Shown here: positions 17,463 to 28,860 of the stretch, piece by piece
Layout of the letters: every line of letters starts with the position of its first letter
How positions within the stretch are numbered: the stretch's first letter is position 1
Origin: Candidatus Eiseniibacteriota bacterium
Lineage (GTDB): Bacteria > Eisenbacteria > RBG-16-71-46
Assembly (NCBI GenBank): GCA_031366795.1
Contig: JANLOX010000259.1
Span: 220 to 64,219, forward strand
Length of the DNA: 64,000 nt
Direction of reading: 5' to 3'
The notes under the pieces: model-generated
What the model saw: only the letters and a program-made list of their open reading frames with translations
Databases searched by the model: none
What the model was told of the DNA's origin: nothing
Program-made: the position numbers and the translations under genes

Positions 17463-20400
17463 ATGACCGACCCGACACCTCCCGAATCGAACGAGCCGCC
17501 CAAGGGACCGGAACCGCTCGGTCTGGTGGAGGAGCTGCGCCATGAGATCGAGGAGGTCGTCGAACACGTTCCCGAGAAGGTGCGCTGGACGGTGCGTAAG
17601 CTCGTGCTGATCAGCATCGCCGGTGTGGTCGGGCTCATCGTGCTGGCGATCGTGTCTGTGGCGTTGTACTACGCCAACCGCACCGAGCTCGTAGCGCACG
17701 AGTTGACGCTGTTCCTCAATCACACGCTCGACACCCGCAGCAATGTGCGCATCGAATTCTCCGACATTCGCGGCAATCCATTCCAGCGCCTCCGGCTGGT
17801 GCAGCCTCGCGTGGTGTTCCGTGACAGCGGTCGTCCGCTGCTCGAGGCGCCCTGGATCGAGATTGGTTACTCGCCGATGAGCCTGCTCAAGCGCGACGGC
17901 AAGACGGTGGACGTGGCCGTCGAGTCACCGGCGATCCACTTTGAGCGCGGCGCGGACGGAGCACTGCTGCTGCCTACATGGAAGACGGCGGGCAGCGCCG
18001 GCAGCGCGCGGACGGTTGACATGAAATTCCGGCTGCACCAGGGCACCGTCGATTTGCCCATACAGGAGGGCAGGATCGAGGGACTCGATATCGATGCTTC
18101 GCTGGCGACGGGAGTGGCGAGCCGTGCGGTGATCCGTTCGATGAAGTGGCGCAAGGGTCCTTTCGATTCGCGGCAACTCGAATTCACGGGAGAGGTCTCC
18201 GCCGGTGACAGCGTGCAGGTGCACGTGGAGCGTTTGACCACGGCCGGTTTCGCGCTGAGCGGCGATGGCGGCTGGCGCAAGGGGGAGAAGGCCAAGTGGG
18301 TCCACGCCGCGGTGTCCCGGTTGAGCTGGAAGTACCTTGCGGGCATCAGCGGCAACAACACGTTCGATGTGCCGGGCAATGCGGTGGCCACGATTGATGC
18401 GCGAGGGGACTCGATCTGGCACGGCCAGTTCCGCGCGCAGGTCAACTGGAATGGGCTGGATGCCGCGGGCAACGGAGCGTTCGAGTGGAAGGGCCAGCGC
18501 ATGAGCGTCGAGTCGCTGGCCGCGCAGTCGAAGGCGGGAGACCTCAAGGGACACTTCAGCTGGTCGCGGTTGGGTTGGGATGTCGGCGGGGACGTCAGCG
18601 GTGGCCAGCCGTCGTTGTGGGACGCGATCGGCATTCCCGGTTGGCCCGCGGGTAAGCTGAATGGGCGCTTCGAGTATGCGGTCAGCACACGCAACCGTAT
18701 TTCGAACGGCACACTCACGGCGCAACTGACGCCCTCGGAACTGGCGGGATGGCGCGCCGACTCGACGACCGTGACCGCCGACCTGCCCTCGCGCGGCACG
18801 CGGGTCTTCGATGTGCACTCGTTGCGGCGCGGGGGACACTTCGAGTTGCACGGTGAAACGCTCGAGCACGGCTGGGACGGCACTTACAAGGTGGCGGCAC
18901 TGCCGCTTGACGAGTGGCCGGATGGCCGCGCGAGCGGTATTCGCGGCCTGCTCGACGCGGGTGAGGGGACGGTCCATGTGACCGACGGCAAGATGTCGGT
19001 GACGGGCAATCTCATGGGACGGGGCACCGATTGGCTGGGTCTGCACACGGCGCGCTGGAAACTCTCGGACGTCAACGGACTGTTGTTGCCGGCGCCTGAC
19101 CTGGTGGCGCGCGCCGGGATCGAGGACGTGATGTTCCTCGGGCTGCACTTCGACAGCGCGGCGAGTCCCATTCATCTCGGTGACCGCAATCTCGACCTGC
19201 AGTCCATGACCGCCCAGGCCGGCGACACCCTGCTCGCATTCGCGGGGCGCGCGGATTGGAACGCGGCGGCGTGGCAACTGGAGATGAGCCGCGCGCAGCT
19301 GACGAGCCAGCAGTTTCACTGGACCGCGGATCCGCCCGTGCAGTTCGTCGGCGACCCCCAGGGCGTCACCTTCCGCCGTTTGGTCGCGCACGATGGCGAT
19401 GCCTCGATGCAGATCAGCGGCCGCTGGGGAGGCCCCGGTGGTCGCTACGACTGGCGTGCCGAAGCGCTGCGGCTCGATCTCGCGCGGCTGGGGTTGCCGG
19501 TCGAGTGGGGCCTCAAGGGCACGAGCGATGCGACGTTGCGGGTCGAAGGCGTTTACGGTGATCCGCGCTGGACCTTCGAGGGACGCGCCTCGCAGCCCGC
19601 GTTCGGCGGGCACCATGGTGACTCGCTGGATCTCGCGCTCACCGGCGCGATGTCTCGCGTCGGCATCGACCGCATGAAGTTCATGATCGGCGGTGGCGAG
19701 CTCGCGGCCCACGGCCGCGTGGAGCGGATGACCAGGGCATGGCCCGATTCGCTGACCGGTACCGCCGTGCAACGCTGGTTGCTCACTTCGGCGGCGTGGT
19801 CGGGCGGCATCGATGCGAATGGCTTCCCGATCGAACGCGTGACGGGCCTGTTTCCCGCGAGCAATGGTTGGGCAGGAAGACTCGAAGGGCATGTGGCGGT
19901 GGGCGGGAACCCCGCGCGGCCTGAACTCGATGTGAAGGCGGTGGTGAAGCCACTGACGTGGCACGACTTCAACATGGAAAAGATCGAAGCCGAGGGGAAG
20001 TACGCGGATGAGCGGCTCGCCGTCACGCGGCTCAAGGCGACGCGCCTGCAACTCGAGTCGACGGCCGAGGGAACGATCCCGATCCGGATCGCGTTCGACC
20101 GTCCGTGGGTATTGCTCGACAAGCCGATGGACGCCACCCTGCACGTGCGCCAGGGAGATCTTCGCCTGCTGCCGCGTCTGGTCCCGCAACTGGCCGCGGC
20201 ATCGGGGAGTCTCGAGGCCGACGCCACAATTCATGGAACGCCGCTCAAACCCGATCTGGATGGCCGCGGCCGAATCAGTGGCGGTTCGTTGCGGCTGGCC
20301 GGTCGCGACGAATTGCTCGACCACATGTCGGGGTCCTTCCGGCTCAACCAATCCACGCTTACGCTCGATTCGCTGACGGCCCGCGAGGGCGAGGCGGGGC

Positions 20401-21521
20401 GGCTGCGCGCGAGTGGCAGCGTGAAGCTCGACCGGCTGGTGCCGAGTGGCTACCACATCGATCTCGTCTTGAGCGACTTCACCGCGTCCGACCCGGGGCT
20501 GTATGCCGCGCAATTCGACGGCAACTTCCAGGTGACGGATGGCCCCCACGTGCGCGGCCAGTGGCTGCCACTCGTCACCGGCTCGGCGGTCATCAACCGG
20601 GCAGTGGTCTTGATCGATTTCGCGAACCAATCCGAGAGCGCGCAGCTGGCGTCGTCGAACCCGCCGCTGTACTGGGTGTACCGCATCGACCTGAGTGCCA
20701 AGAGCAACCTGCACTGGCAGCCGCCCGATGGGGACATCGAATTCAGCGCAGACCTGACCGCCGAGCAGACGCCGACGGAGTTGCGGCTGTTCGGGGAGAT
20801 GCAGTCGTTGCGCGGCACCTACTACTTCCTGAGCAACCGCTTCACGGTCAACAACGCGACCCTGACGTTCGACAATGTCTCGGGCCTGAATCCCACGCTC
20901 GACGCGAGCGCCACCACGCGCGTCGTCCCGCTGGCCACCGCCGCGGACATCAGTGCCAACGCCAGCAAACCCGTGGCCCACGAGGTGACGGTCACCATTA
21001 CAGGCAGATCGAGGGAGCCGGTGATCGCGTTCGAGAGCAGTCCTTCCGATTGGGATGAAAACGAAATCCTGCGCGAATTGACGGTGCTGCGGTTCGTGAA
21101 GGGCGGCGTCGCCCAGGGGGATCCGTTCGACAATTACCTGACACGCGCCTTGAACCGCACGCTGTCCGCCGAAATGTCGCGGGCCTTCAAGGGATACGTG
21201 AGCGACTGGACCTTCGAACGCGACCAGGGTGGACTTGCCAGGGGCGAGGGCGAAGTAACGGTGAGCGCCGCCTCGCAGGTGACGCGCAACCTGCTGCTCC
21301 GTTATAGCCAGCGGGTGCCAGGGCTCGGCCGCGATGTCATCGCGGCGCCGACTGTGGGAACGACCCCGTTCGAGCGGGATTTCCAGGCGGAGTACCGGTT
21401 GAACCGCCTGTTCCTCATCAGTTCGGAGCTGCGCCAGCGGCGCAGCCTCACGGGAACTGGGGCAAATCCCTCCTCGGCGCCGGACTTCAACGTCGACTTG
21501 AAGGCTCGTTGGGAATACTGA
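17463..21521 (+). CDS. tamB: Translocation and assembly module protein TamB (AsmA-like, DUF490 C-terminus)
   Basis: 1353 aa. N-terminal signal-anchor (LVLISIAGVVGLIVLAIVSVALYY), a long beta-rich body and a DUF490-like C-terminus (...LLLRYSQRV...EYRLNRLFLISSEL...). 10 bp after the bamA stop. Confidence 0.8.
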   Translation: MTDPTPPESNEPPKGPEPLGLVEELRHEIEEVVEHVPEKVRWTVRKLVLISIAGVVGLIVLAIVSVALYYANRTELVAHELTLFLNHTLDTRSNVRIEFSDIRGNPFQRLRLVQPRVVFRDSGRPLLEAPWIEIGYSPMSLLKRDGKTVDVAVESPAIHFERGADGALLLPTWKTAGSAGSARTVDMKFRLHQGTVDLPIQEGRIEGLDIDASLATGVASRAVIRSMKWRKGPFDSRQLEFTGEVSAGDSVQVHVERLTTAGFALSGDGGWRKGEKAKWVHAAVSRLSWKYLAGISGNNTFDVPGNAVATIDARGDSIWHGQFRAQVNWNGLDAAGNGAFEWKGQRMSVESLAAQSKAGDLKGHFSWSRLGWDVGGDVSGGQPSLWDAIGIPGWPAGKLNGRFEYAVSTRNRISNGTLTAQLTPSELAGWRADSTTVTADLPSRGTRVFDVHSLRRGGHFELHGETLEHGWDGTYKVAALPLDEWPDGRASGIRGLLDAGEGTVHVTDGKMSVTGNLMGRGTDWLGLHTARWKLSDVNGLLLPAPDLVARAGIEDVMFLGLHFDSAASPIHLGDRNLDLQSMTAQAGDTLLAFAGRADWNAAAWQLEMSRAQLTSQQFHWTADPPVQFVGDPQGVTFRRLVAHDGDASMQISGRWGGPGGRYDWRAEALRLDLARLGLPVEWGLKGTSDATLRVEGVYGDPRWTFEGRASQPAFGGHHGDSLDLALTGAMSRVGIDRMKFMIGGGELAAHGRVERMTRAWPDSLTGTAVQRWLLTSAAWSGGIDANGFPIERVTGLFPASNGWAGRLEGHVAVGGNPARPELDVKAVVKPLTWHDFNMEKIEAEGKYADERLAVTRLKATRLQLESTAEGTIPIRIAFDRPWVLLDKPMDATLHVRQGDLRLLPRLVPQLAAASGSLEADATIHGTPLKPDLDGRGRISGGSLRLAGRDELLDHMSGSFRLNQSTLTLDSLTAREGEAGRLRASGSVKLDRLVPSGYHIDLVLSDFTASDPGLYAAQFDGNFQVTDGPHVRGQWLPLVTGSAVINRAVVLIDFANQSESAQLASSNPPLYWVYRIDLSAKSNLHWQPPDGDIEFSADLTAEQTPTELRLFGEMQSLRGTYYFLSNRFTVNNATLTFDNVSGLNPTLDASATTRVVPLATAADISANASKPVAHEVTVTITGRSREPVIAFESSPSDWDENEILRELTVLRFVKGGVAQGDPFDNYLTRALNRTLSAEMSRAFKGYVSDWTFERDQGGLARGEGEVTVSAASQVTRNLLLRYSQRVPGLGRDVIAAPTVGTTPFERDFQAEYRLNRLFLISSELRQRRSLTGTGANPSSAPDFNVDLKARWEY

Positions 21522-21632
21522 CGCATCTCAAAGCGCTGCGGGGAACCGGGAATGGGGCCGAAGGTGTACATTAGTGGGGGGCGTATCGTGCTGGAGTCGG
21601 CGCCGGGTGGTCGATTCGGAAAGGATCGCTGT

Positions 21633-24600
21633 ATGTCTCGTTTCACCCTTGGCCTCCTGGCGGGGCTGATGCTGTGCCTCGGGGTCATCCCCGCGGGTGC
21701 CCAGACCTTTGGCCAGAACAAGGTCCAGTACGCCCGCCACCAATGGCGCTCGATCGGGTCCGACCACTTCGAGGTGTACTTCTACGACGGGCTCGACAGC
21801 CTCGCGATGCGAGTGCTCGACCTGGCCGAGAAGACCAACGCCGTCATGACCGCGCGGCTCGGGCACCAGCTCGGGCGCCGCGTCCCGATCATCCTGTACG
21901 GTTCCCACAACGATTTCGCCCAGACCAACGTCACTCCCGAACTGATCGACGCCGGCACGGGCGGGTTCACCGAAGTGCTGCGCAACCGTGTCGTGCTGCC
22001 CTTCACCGGTTCCTATGAGGACCTGCGGCATGTGGTGGTGCATGAACTGACTCACGCCTACATGTTCGACATGTTGTATGCCGGCTCCGCGGCTTCGCTG
22101 ATTGCGCGGCAAGGCTTCTACTCGGTGCCGTTGTGGTTCGCCGAGGGCATGGCCGAGTACTTCTCGCTCGGCGTGGAGTCGAATGCGGAAGTGTTCCTGC
22201 GCGACGGCACGGTCGAGGGCTACCTGCCGCCGCTCGAGTATTCCGGCGGCTACATCGTCTACAAGCAGGGACAGTCCGCCATCAGCTACCTGGTCGATCG
22301 CTACGGCGAGGACCGGCTGCGTGACATCCTCAAGCGCTCGCGCCAGATGCACAATTTCGACCGCGCCTTCCAGAAGAGCATGGGGCAGCCTGTCTCGAAG
22401 TTCGACGAGGGCTGGCGCACCTGGCTGCGCAAGCGCTACTGGCCGGCCGTCGCGAGCAAGAGCTCGCCCGAGGAATTCGCGCGCCGCCTGACTGACCATC
22501 GCCACGACGAGAGCAACCTCAACACGGCGCCGTCGATTTCGCCGCAGGGCGACCGCATCGCGTTCTTCTCTGACCGCCGCCAGTACACCGACGTGTATGT
22601 CATGTCGGCATTGGACGGCAAGATCATCCGGCGCGTGATTCGCGGCGAGCGCAACGTCCAGTTCGAGAGCATTCCGTCCTTCCGCAGCACGATGACCTGG
22701 TCGCCCGACGGTTCCCGCCTGGCGCTCACCGCAAAGAGCGGCGGCCACGATGTGCTCTATGTGCTCGATGCCCACTCGGGCAGGGTCGAGCGCCGTGTCG
22801 AGATGCCGTGCGACGCGTTGTTCGACCCGGCGTGGTCCCCGGTCTCGGATTCACTCGTCGTGGCGGGCGTCACGGCCGGCCGCTCGGACCTGTGGCTGGT
22901 GGAGCTCAAGACCGGGCACCGCCAGCGGCTGACCGACGATGCGTATGATGAGAAGGAGCCGGCGTGGTCACCCGACGGCTCGCGAATCGTGTTCTCGACC
23001 GATCGCGGCACGCCGGTCGTCCTGCACCCGAAGCGCCATGAAGGCGGCTTCGGCGAGTACGGCCTCTACGAGATGACCGTGGCGGGTGGCGAGGTACGCC
23101 GGGTGCTCGACACGGCGGGGGATGACCACAGCCCGCAGTGGTCGCCCGACGGCAAGCTGCTGGGGTTCATCACCGACTACAGCGGCACGCCGAACATCCA
23201 CGTGTTCGATCCCGCGGACTCCTCGGTGACTCAGCTCACTGATGTGCTCGGGGGAGTGCAGGGCATGTCGTGGTCGCGGCAGAACGACCGCCTGGTGTTC
23301 TCCGCCTACAACCAGGGCGGCTTCGATATCTTCGGCGTGCGTGAGCCGCTCGCCGTCAATGGCGTACTGGCGCGATTGCGTCGCGATGCTCCGTCCGCCG
23401 TTCGCTCGGTGAGCGCGATGTTCGTGGCGCCGAAAGATTCCACGGTTGCGCCGCCGCAATTCGGGGCGCTCGCCGGTGCATGGCCCGATTCGATCGCCGC
23501 GAGTTCGGACAAGGACCGGCGTTCCGAACATCACGATGGCGCCTCGCGCGACACCCTGCGCCTCGACCGCATGGACGAGGACAACCGGCCGGGTTGGATG
23601 GCGGGACCACATCCGTTCCCCGCGTTGCCGGACAGCGTGACGCCACTGGCGACGCGCATCCCACTGCATGATGAAGGGGGGCCGTTCGCGCTCCCTGACT
23701 CGGTGCTGGGCCAGAAGGCTCGCGCCTACCGGCCGCACCTGGCCCCGGACTACGGTGGCGCGGGCTTCTACGCCGCCACGGGCTACGGTTTCGTGGGCAG
23801 CACGCAGTTCGTGTTCTCGGATTTCCTCGGCGACCATAGCCTGTATGTCGCGACGGACGTGTTCAGTAATTCGATTTCCGAGACCAATGCGCTCGCCATT
23901 TACCGTTACCTGCCGCGCCGCTGGGACTTTGGCGCCGGGCTGTTCCACTTCAAGAACTACTTCAACTCGCAGGTGTCCACGCTGGGTGAGTCGTTCGGTT
24001 CATCGCGGTTGTTTTCGGAGCGCAACTTTGGCGGCTTGGTCTCGGCCTCATATCCGTTCGACCGCTTCCATCGCGCGGAGTTCAACTTCACGCAGATGTT
24101 CCTCGAGCGCCAGTTCTTCGTGCGCGATGTGTTCGGGGACGTGGCGGCGGCAAACCACGAGTACCGCTCGGTATCGTCGCCATCGGTATCGCTGGTGTCG
24201 GACAATTCACTGTTCGGCTACTACGGACCGGTCAACGGGCAGCGCTGGAACCTGACCTATGGGCCATCGTTCGCGTGGTTCCAGAATGGACTGGCGTATA
24301 ACACGGTGACGTTCGATGGCCGGCGCTACTGGGACCTCACGCGCGGCTACACCTTCGCGACGCGCGTCCTCGCCGGCGCCAGTGACGGCCGGAATCCGCA
24401 GACCTTCAGGATCGGCGGGTTCTCGACGCTGCGCGGCTTCCCTGACTTCTCCCTCCTCGGCTCGCGCGTGTCGCTCGTATCCGCCGAATTGCGCTACCCG
24501 TTCATCCAGCAACTGGGGCTGGTGGGTCCGCTGCCGGTGGGATTGTTCAACCTGCGCGGCGTCATATTCGGCGACGTGGGTGCGATCTGGAGCGGGGGCG

Positions 24601-24791
24601 AGAAGATCCGCTTCAGCGAAAATGGCCGCCTGACGGATCCGCTCAAAGGTCCAGGCGTCGGGATGAGCTTCGGCACGGGACTGCGCACATCGCTGTTGTT
24701 CCTGATCGTGAAGCTCGATGTGGCGTGGCGCACGGATCTTCAGCAGGTAAGTCGTCCACGCTGGCACTTTAGCCTGGGCCCCGAATTCTAG
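21633..24791 (+). CDS. Omp85-family outer-membrane beta-barrel fused to an N-terminal gluzincin-like peptidase domain and a six-bladed TolB/PD40-type propeller (novel architecture)
   Basis: Signal peptide MSRFTLGLLAGLMLCLGVIPAGAQ. HExxH (VVHELTHAYM, nt 22041-22055) plus WFAEGMAEYF Glu motif. Six PD40-like repeats: ISPQGDRIAF, WSPDGSRLAL, WSPVSDSLVV, WSPDGSRIVF, WSPDGKLLGF, WSRQNDRLVF. C-terminal ~350 aa carries the Omp85 barrel hallmarks (GGFSTLRGF, FGDVGAIW, GMSFGTGLRTSLLFLIVKLDVAW, terminal WHFSLGPEF). ATG is preceded by AAAGGA. Confidence 0.8.
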   Translation: MSRFTLGLLAGLMLCLGVIPAGAQTFGQNKVQYARHQWRSIGSDHFEVYFYDGLDSLAMRVLDLAEKTNAVMTARLGHQLGRRVPIILYGSHNDFAQTNVTPELIDAGTGGFTEVLRNRVVLPFTGSYEDLRHVVVHELTHAYMFDMLYAGSAASLIARQGFYSVPLWFAEGMAEYFSLGVESNAEVFLRDGTVEGYLPPLEYSGGYIVYKQGQSAISYLVDRYGEDRLRDILKRSRQMHNFDRAFQKSMGQPVSKFDEGWRTWLRKRYWPAVASKSSPEEFARRLTDHRHDESNLNTAPSISPQGDRIAFFSDRRQYTDVYVMSALDGKIIRRVIRGERNVQFESIPSFRSTMTWSPDGSRLALTAKSGGHDVLYVLDAHSGRVERRVEMPCDALFDPAWSPVSDSLVVAGVTAGRSDLWLVELKTGHRQRLTDDAYDEKEPAWSPDGSRIVFSTDRGTPVVLHPKRHEGGFGEYGLYEMTVAGGEVRRVLDTAGDDHSPQWSPDGKLLGFITDYSGTPNIHVFDPADSSVTQLTDVLGGVQGMSWSRQNDRLVFSAYNQGGFDIFGVREPLAVNGVLARLRRDAPSAVRSVSAMFVAPKDSTVAPPQFGALAGAWPDSIAASSDKDRRSEHHDGASRDTLRLDRMDEDNRPGWMAGPHPFPALPDSVTPLATRIPLHDEGGPFALPDSVLGQKARAYRPHLAPDYGGAGFYAATGYGFVGSTQFVFSDFLGDHSLYVATDVFSNSISETNALAIYRYLPRRWDFGAGLFHFKNYFNSQVSTLGESFGSSRLFSERNFGGLVSASYPFDRFHRAEFNFTQMFLERQFFVRDVFGDVAAANHEYRSVSSPSVSLVSDNSLFGYYGPVNGQRWNLTYGPSFAWFQNGLAYNTVTFDGRRYWDLTRGYTFATRVLAGASDGRNPQTFRIGGFSTLRGFPDFSLLGSRVSLVSAELRYPFIQQLGLVGPLPVGLFNLRGVIFGDVGAIWSGGEKIRFSENGRLTDPLKGPGVGMSFGTGLRTSLLFLIVKLDVAWRTDLQQVSRPRWHFSLGPEF

Positions 24792-24808
24792 AAGTTCCCC
24801 GGCACGGG

Positions 24809-24837
24809 TGGACGCTCAAGCGGACTTTTCGTAGATT
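24809..24837 (+). promoter_or_regulatory. Candidate promoter for pcrA (TGGACGCTC -17- TAGATT)
   Basis: -35-like TGGACG 24809-24814, -10-like TAGATT 24832-24837. The motif ...GACGCTC...CGTAGATTGC recurs at 58651-58680. Confidence 0.3.
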
Positions 24838-24885
24838 GCGGGGGAGGCGTTTCATTCCCGCATCCCAATCGATCGTGAGTCCTTC

Positions 24886-27088
<2,203 letters not shown>

Positions 27089-27099
<11 letters not shown>

Positions 27100-27382
27100 G
27101 GACGTACGCGGCATCGCCGAGCTGGCGCGCCTGGAAGTAGCCGAAGCAGACCTCGAGCGCACCGCGCGTGAACTGTCCGCCGTGCTCGATTTTGCGGCGA
27201 CGCTACGCGAACTTGACCTGTCGGGCTTCGAAGCCCTCGCCTTCGCGCCTCCCGAGGCGCCGTTACGCGAAGACGTTCTAGATCCACGACGCCTGACGAG
27301 TGCAATGGCCACCGCTGCCGCTGCGGAACACGAGGACGGGTATTTCATCGTGCCGCCGATCGTCGACAACGTTCAGCCGTGA
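27089..27382 (+). CDS. gatC: Glu-tRNA(Gln)/Asp-tRNA(Asn) amidotransferase subunit C
   Basis: 97 aa, V..IAELARLEV.E.DLE...L..VL.F...L.ELD pattern. Immediately precedes gatA-gatB. Confidence 0.85.
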
Positions 27383-28860
27383 GCGCCACTCGCTCTGAAG
27401 CCTGGCGTTGGTCCGCAACGCAAATAGCGGCGCGCGTGAGTCACGCGGGCGCCGTGGTGGCGGATGTCGTCGAATCGGGATTTGCGGGGCCGGGGGCCGC
27501 GTGGGAAGCCGAGGTGCATGCCGTTGTGCACGTTGACGCTGCGCGCCGCGCGGCGGACTCCGCCGTCCGCAAGGCTGGCCCGCTCGCGGGCGTGCCCGTG
27601 CTGGTGAAGGACAATCTGTGCACGCTGGATTACCCGACAACGTGCGGCTCGAAGATCCTCGCGGGCTACCGTCCGCCCTATGACGCCTCGGTCATCACGC
27701 GGCTACGTGAATCGGGCGCGGTCATCATCGGCAAAGGCAACATGGATGAATTCGCCATGGGGTCTTCGACCGAGTTCAGCGCCTATGGCCCGACACGCAA
27801 CCCGTATGACTTGACGCGCGTCCCGGGCGGATCGAGCGGTGGCCCGGCTGCCGCGGTGGCGTATGGACTCTGCCCTGTGGCGTTGGGATCCGACACCGGC
27901 GGCTCCGTGCGCCAGCCCGCCGCGTTCTGCGGGGTGTTCGGCCTGAAGCCGACCTACGGCAGGCTATCGCGCTACGGCCTCGTGGCGTTCGGTTCCTCGC
28001 TCGACCAGGTCGGAGTGTTCGCGCGGCACGCGGGCGATGTGGCGCTGACCTACGCTGCCCTCGCCGGTCGTGATCCCTACGATGCCACGACGCGGCTCGG
28101 GGCGGCTCCCGATGTGTCGGACTGGGATGCGGGCGTTGCGGGCTTGCGCTTTGGCTGGCCGGCCAATCTGTGGGCTGCGGGGGTCGATGCGGAGATCGTT
28201 GCGGCGCTCGAGCGCACGGCGGGCGAGTTGGAAGCCGCCGGGGCCACGCGTGTGCCGTTGGAATTCATTCCGGGTGGGTACTCAGTGGCCACGTACTACC
28301 TTGTGGCGACCGCCGAGGCGAGTTCGAATCTGGCGCGCTTCGATGGCGTGCGCTATGGCTACCGGAGCGAGCGATCAGAAGACCTGCGCGCGCTGTACCT
28401 GAATTCACGCAGCGAAGGATTCGGCCCGGAGGTCAAGCGGCGCATCCTGCTCGGCACCTATGCGCTATCGGCCGGGTACTACGATGCCTATTACGGAACG
28501 GCGCAGCGGGCCAGGGCGCGCATCCGCCACGAGTACGCCACGTCCTTCGAGCGGTGCGACTTCCTGCTGATGCCGGCCTCGCCGACGCTGGCATTCAAGC
28601 TGGGCGAGAAGCTCGACGATCCGCTGGCGATGTACCTGAGCGACATCTTCACCATCGGCGCCAACCTCGCCGGCATTCCGGGAATCAGTTGCCCGGCCGG
28701 GCTCAGCTCCGATGGCCTCCCCATTGGGGTGCAGCTGCTCGGCAAGGATGATGCCGAGCCGGTGTTGTTGCGCGCGGCGCGCGCCATCGAGGTGCATGGC
28801 GACCGAGCCCGCATGGAGCGTGCCCACGAAAAGGAGTTCGCATGGCCTTCGAAGCGGTAA
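27379..28860 (+). CDS. gatA: Glu-tRNA(Gln) amidotransferase subunit A (amidase signature family)
   Basis: [12 protein letters not shown] amidase signature, ...KDNLCT...[12 protein letters not shown]. Confidence 0.9.
   Translation: MSATRSEAWRWSATQIAARVSHAGAVVADVVESGFAGPGAAWEAEVHAVVHVDAARRAADSAVRKAGPLAGVPVLVKDNLCTLDYPTTCGSKILAGYRPPYDASVITRLRESGAVIIGKGNMDEFAMGSSTEFSAYGPTRNPYDLTRVPGGSSGGPAAAVAYGLCPVALGSDTGGSVRQPAAFCGVFGLKPTYGRLSRYGLVAFGSSLDQVGVFARHAGDVALTYAALAGRDPYDATTRLGAAPDVSDWDAGVAGLRFGWPANLWAAGVDAEIVAALERTAGELEAAGATRVPLEFIPGGYSVATYYLVATAEASSNLARFDGVRYGYRSERSEDLRALYLNSRSEGFGPEVKRRILLGTYALSAGYYDAYYGTAQRARARIRHEYATSFERCDFLLMPASPTLAFKLGEKLDDPLAMYLSDIFTIGANLAGIPGISCPAGLSSDGLPIGVQLLGKDDAEPVLLRAARAIEVHGDRARMERAHEKEFAWPSKR

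Noticed and set aside
17925-20981. 1018-aa ORF on the minus strand
   Set aside because: It is antisense to tamB. Its Arg/Ala/Gly-rich, low-complexity translation is typical of a shadow ORF in a high-GC genome, with no motifs and no SD.
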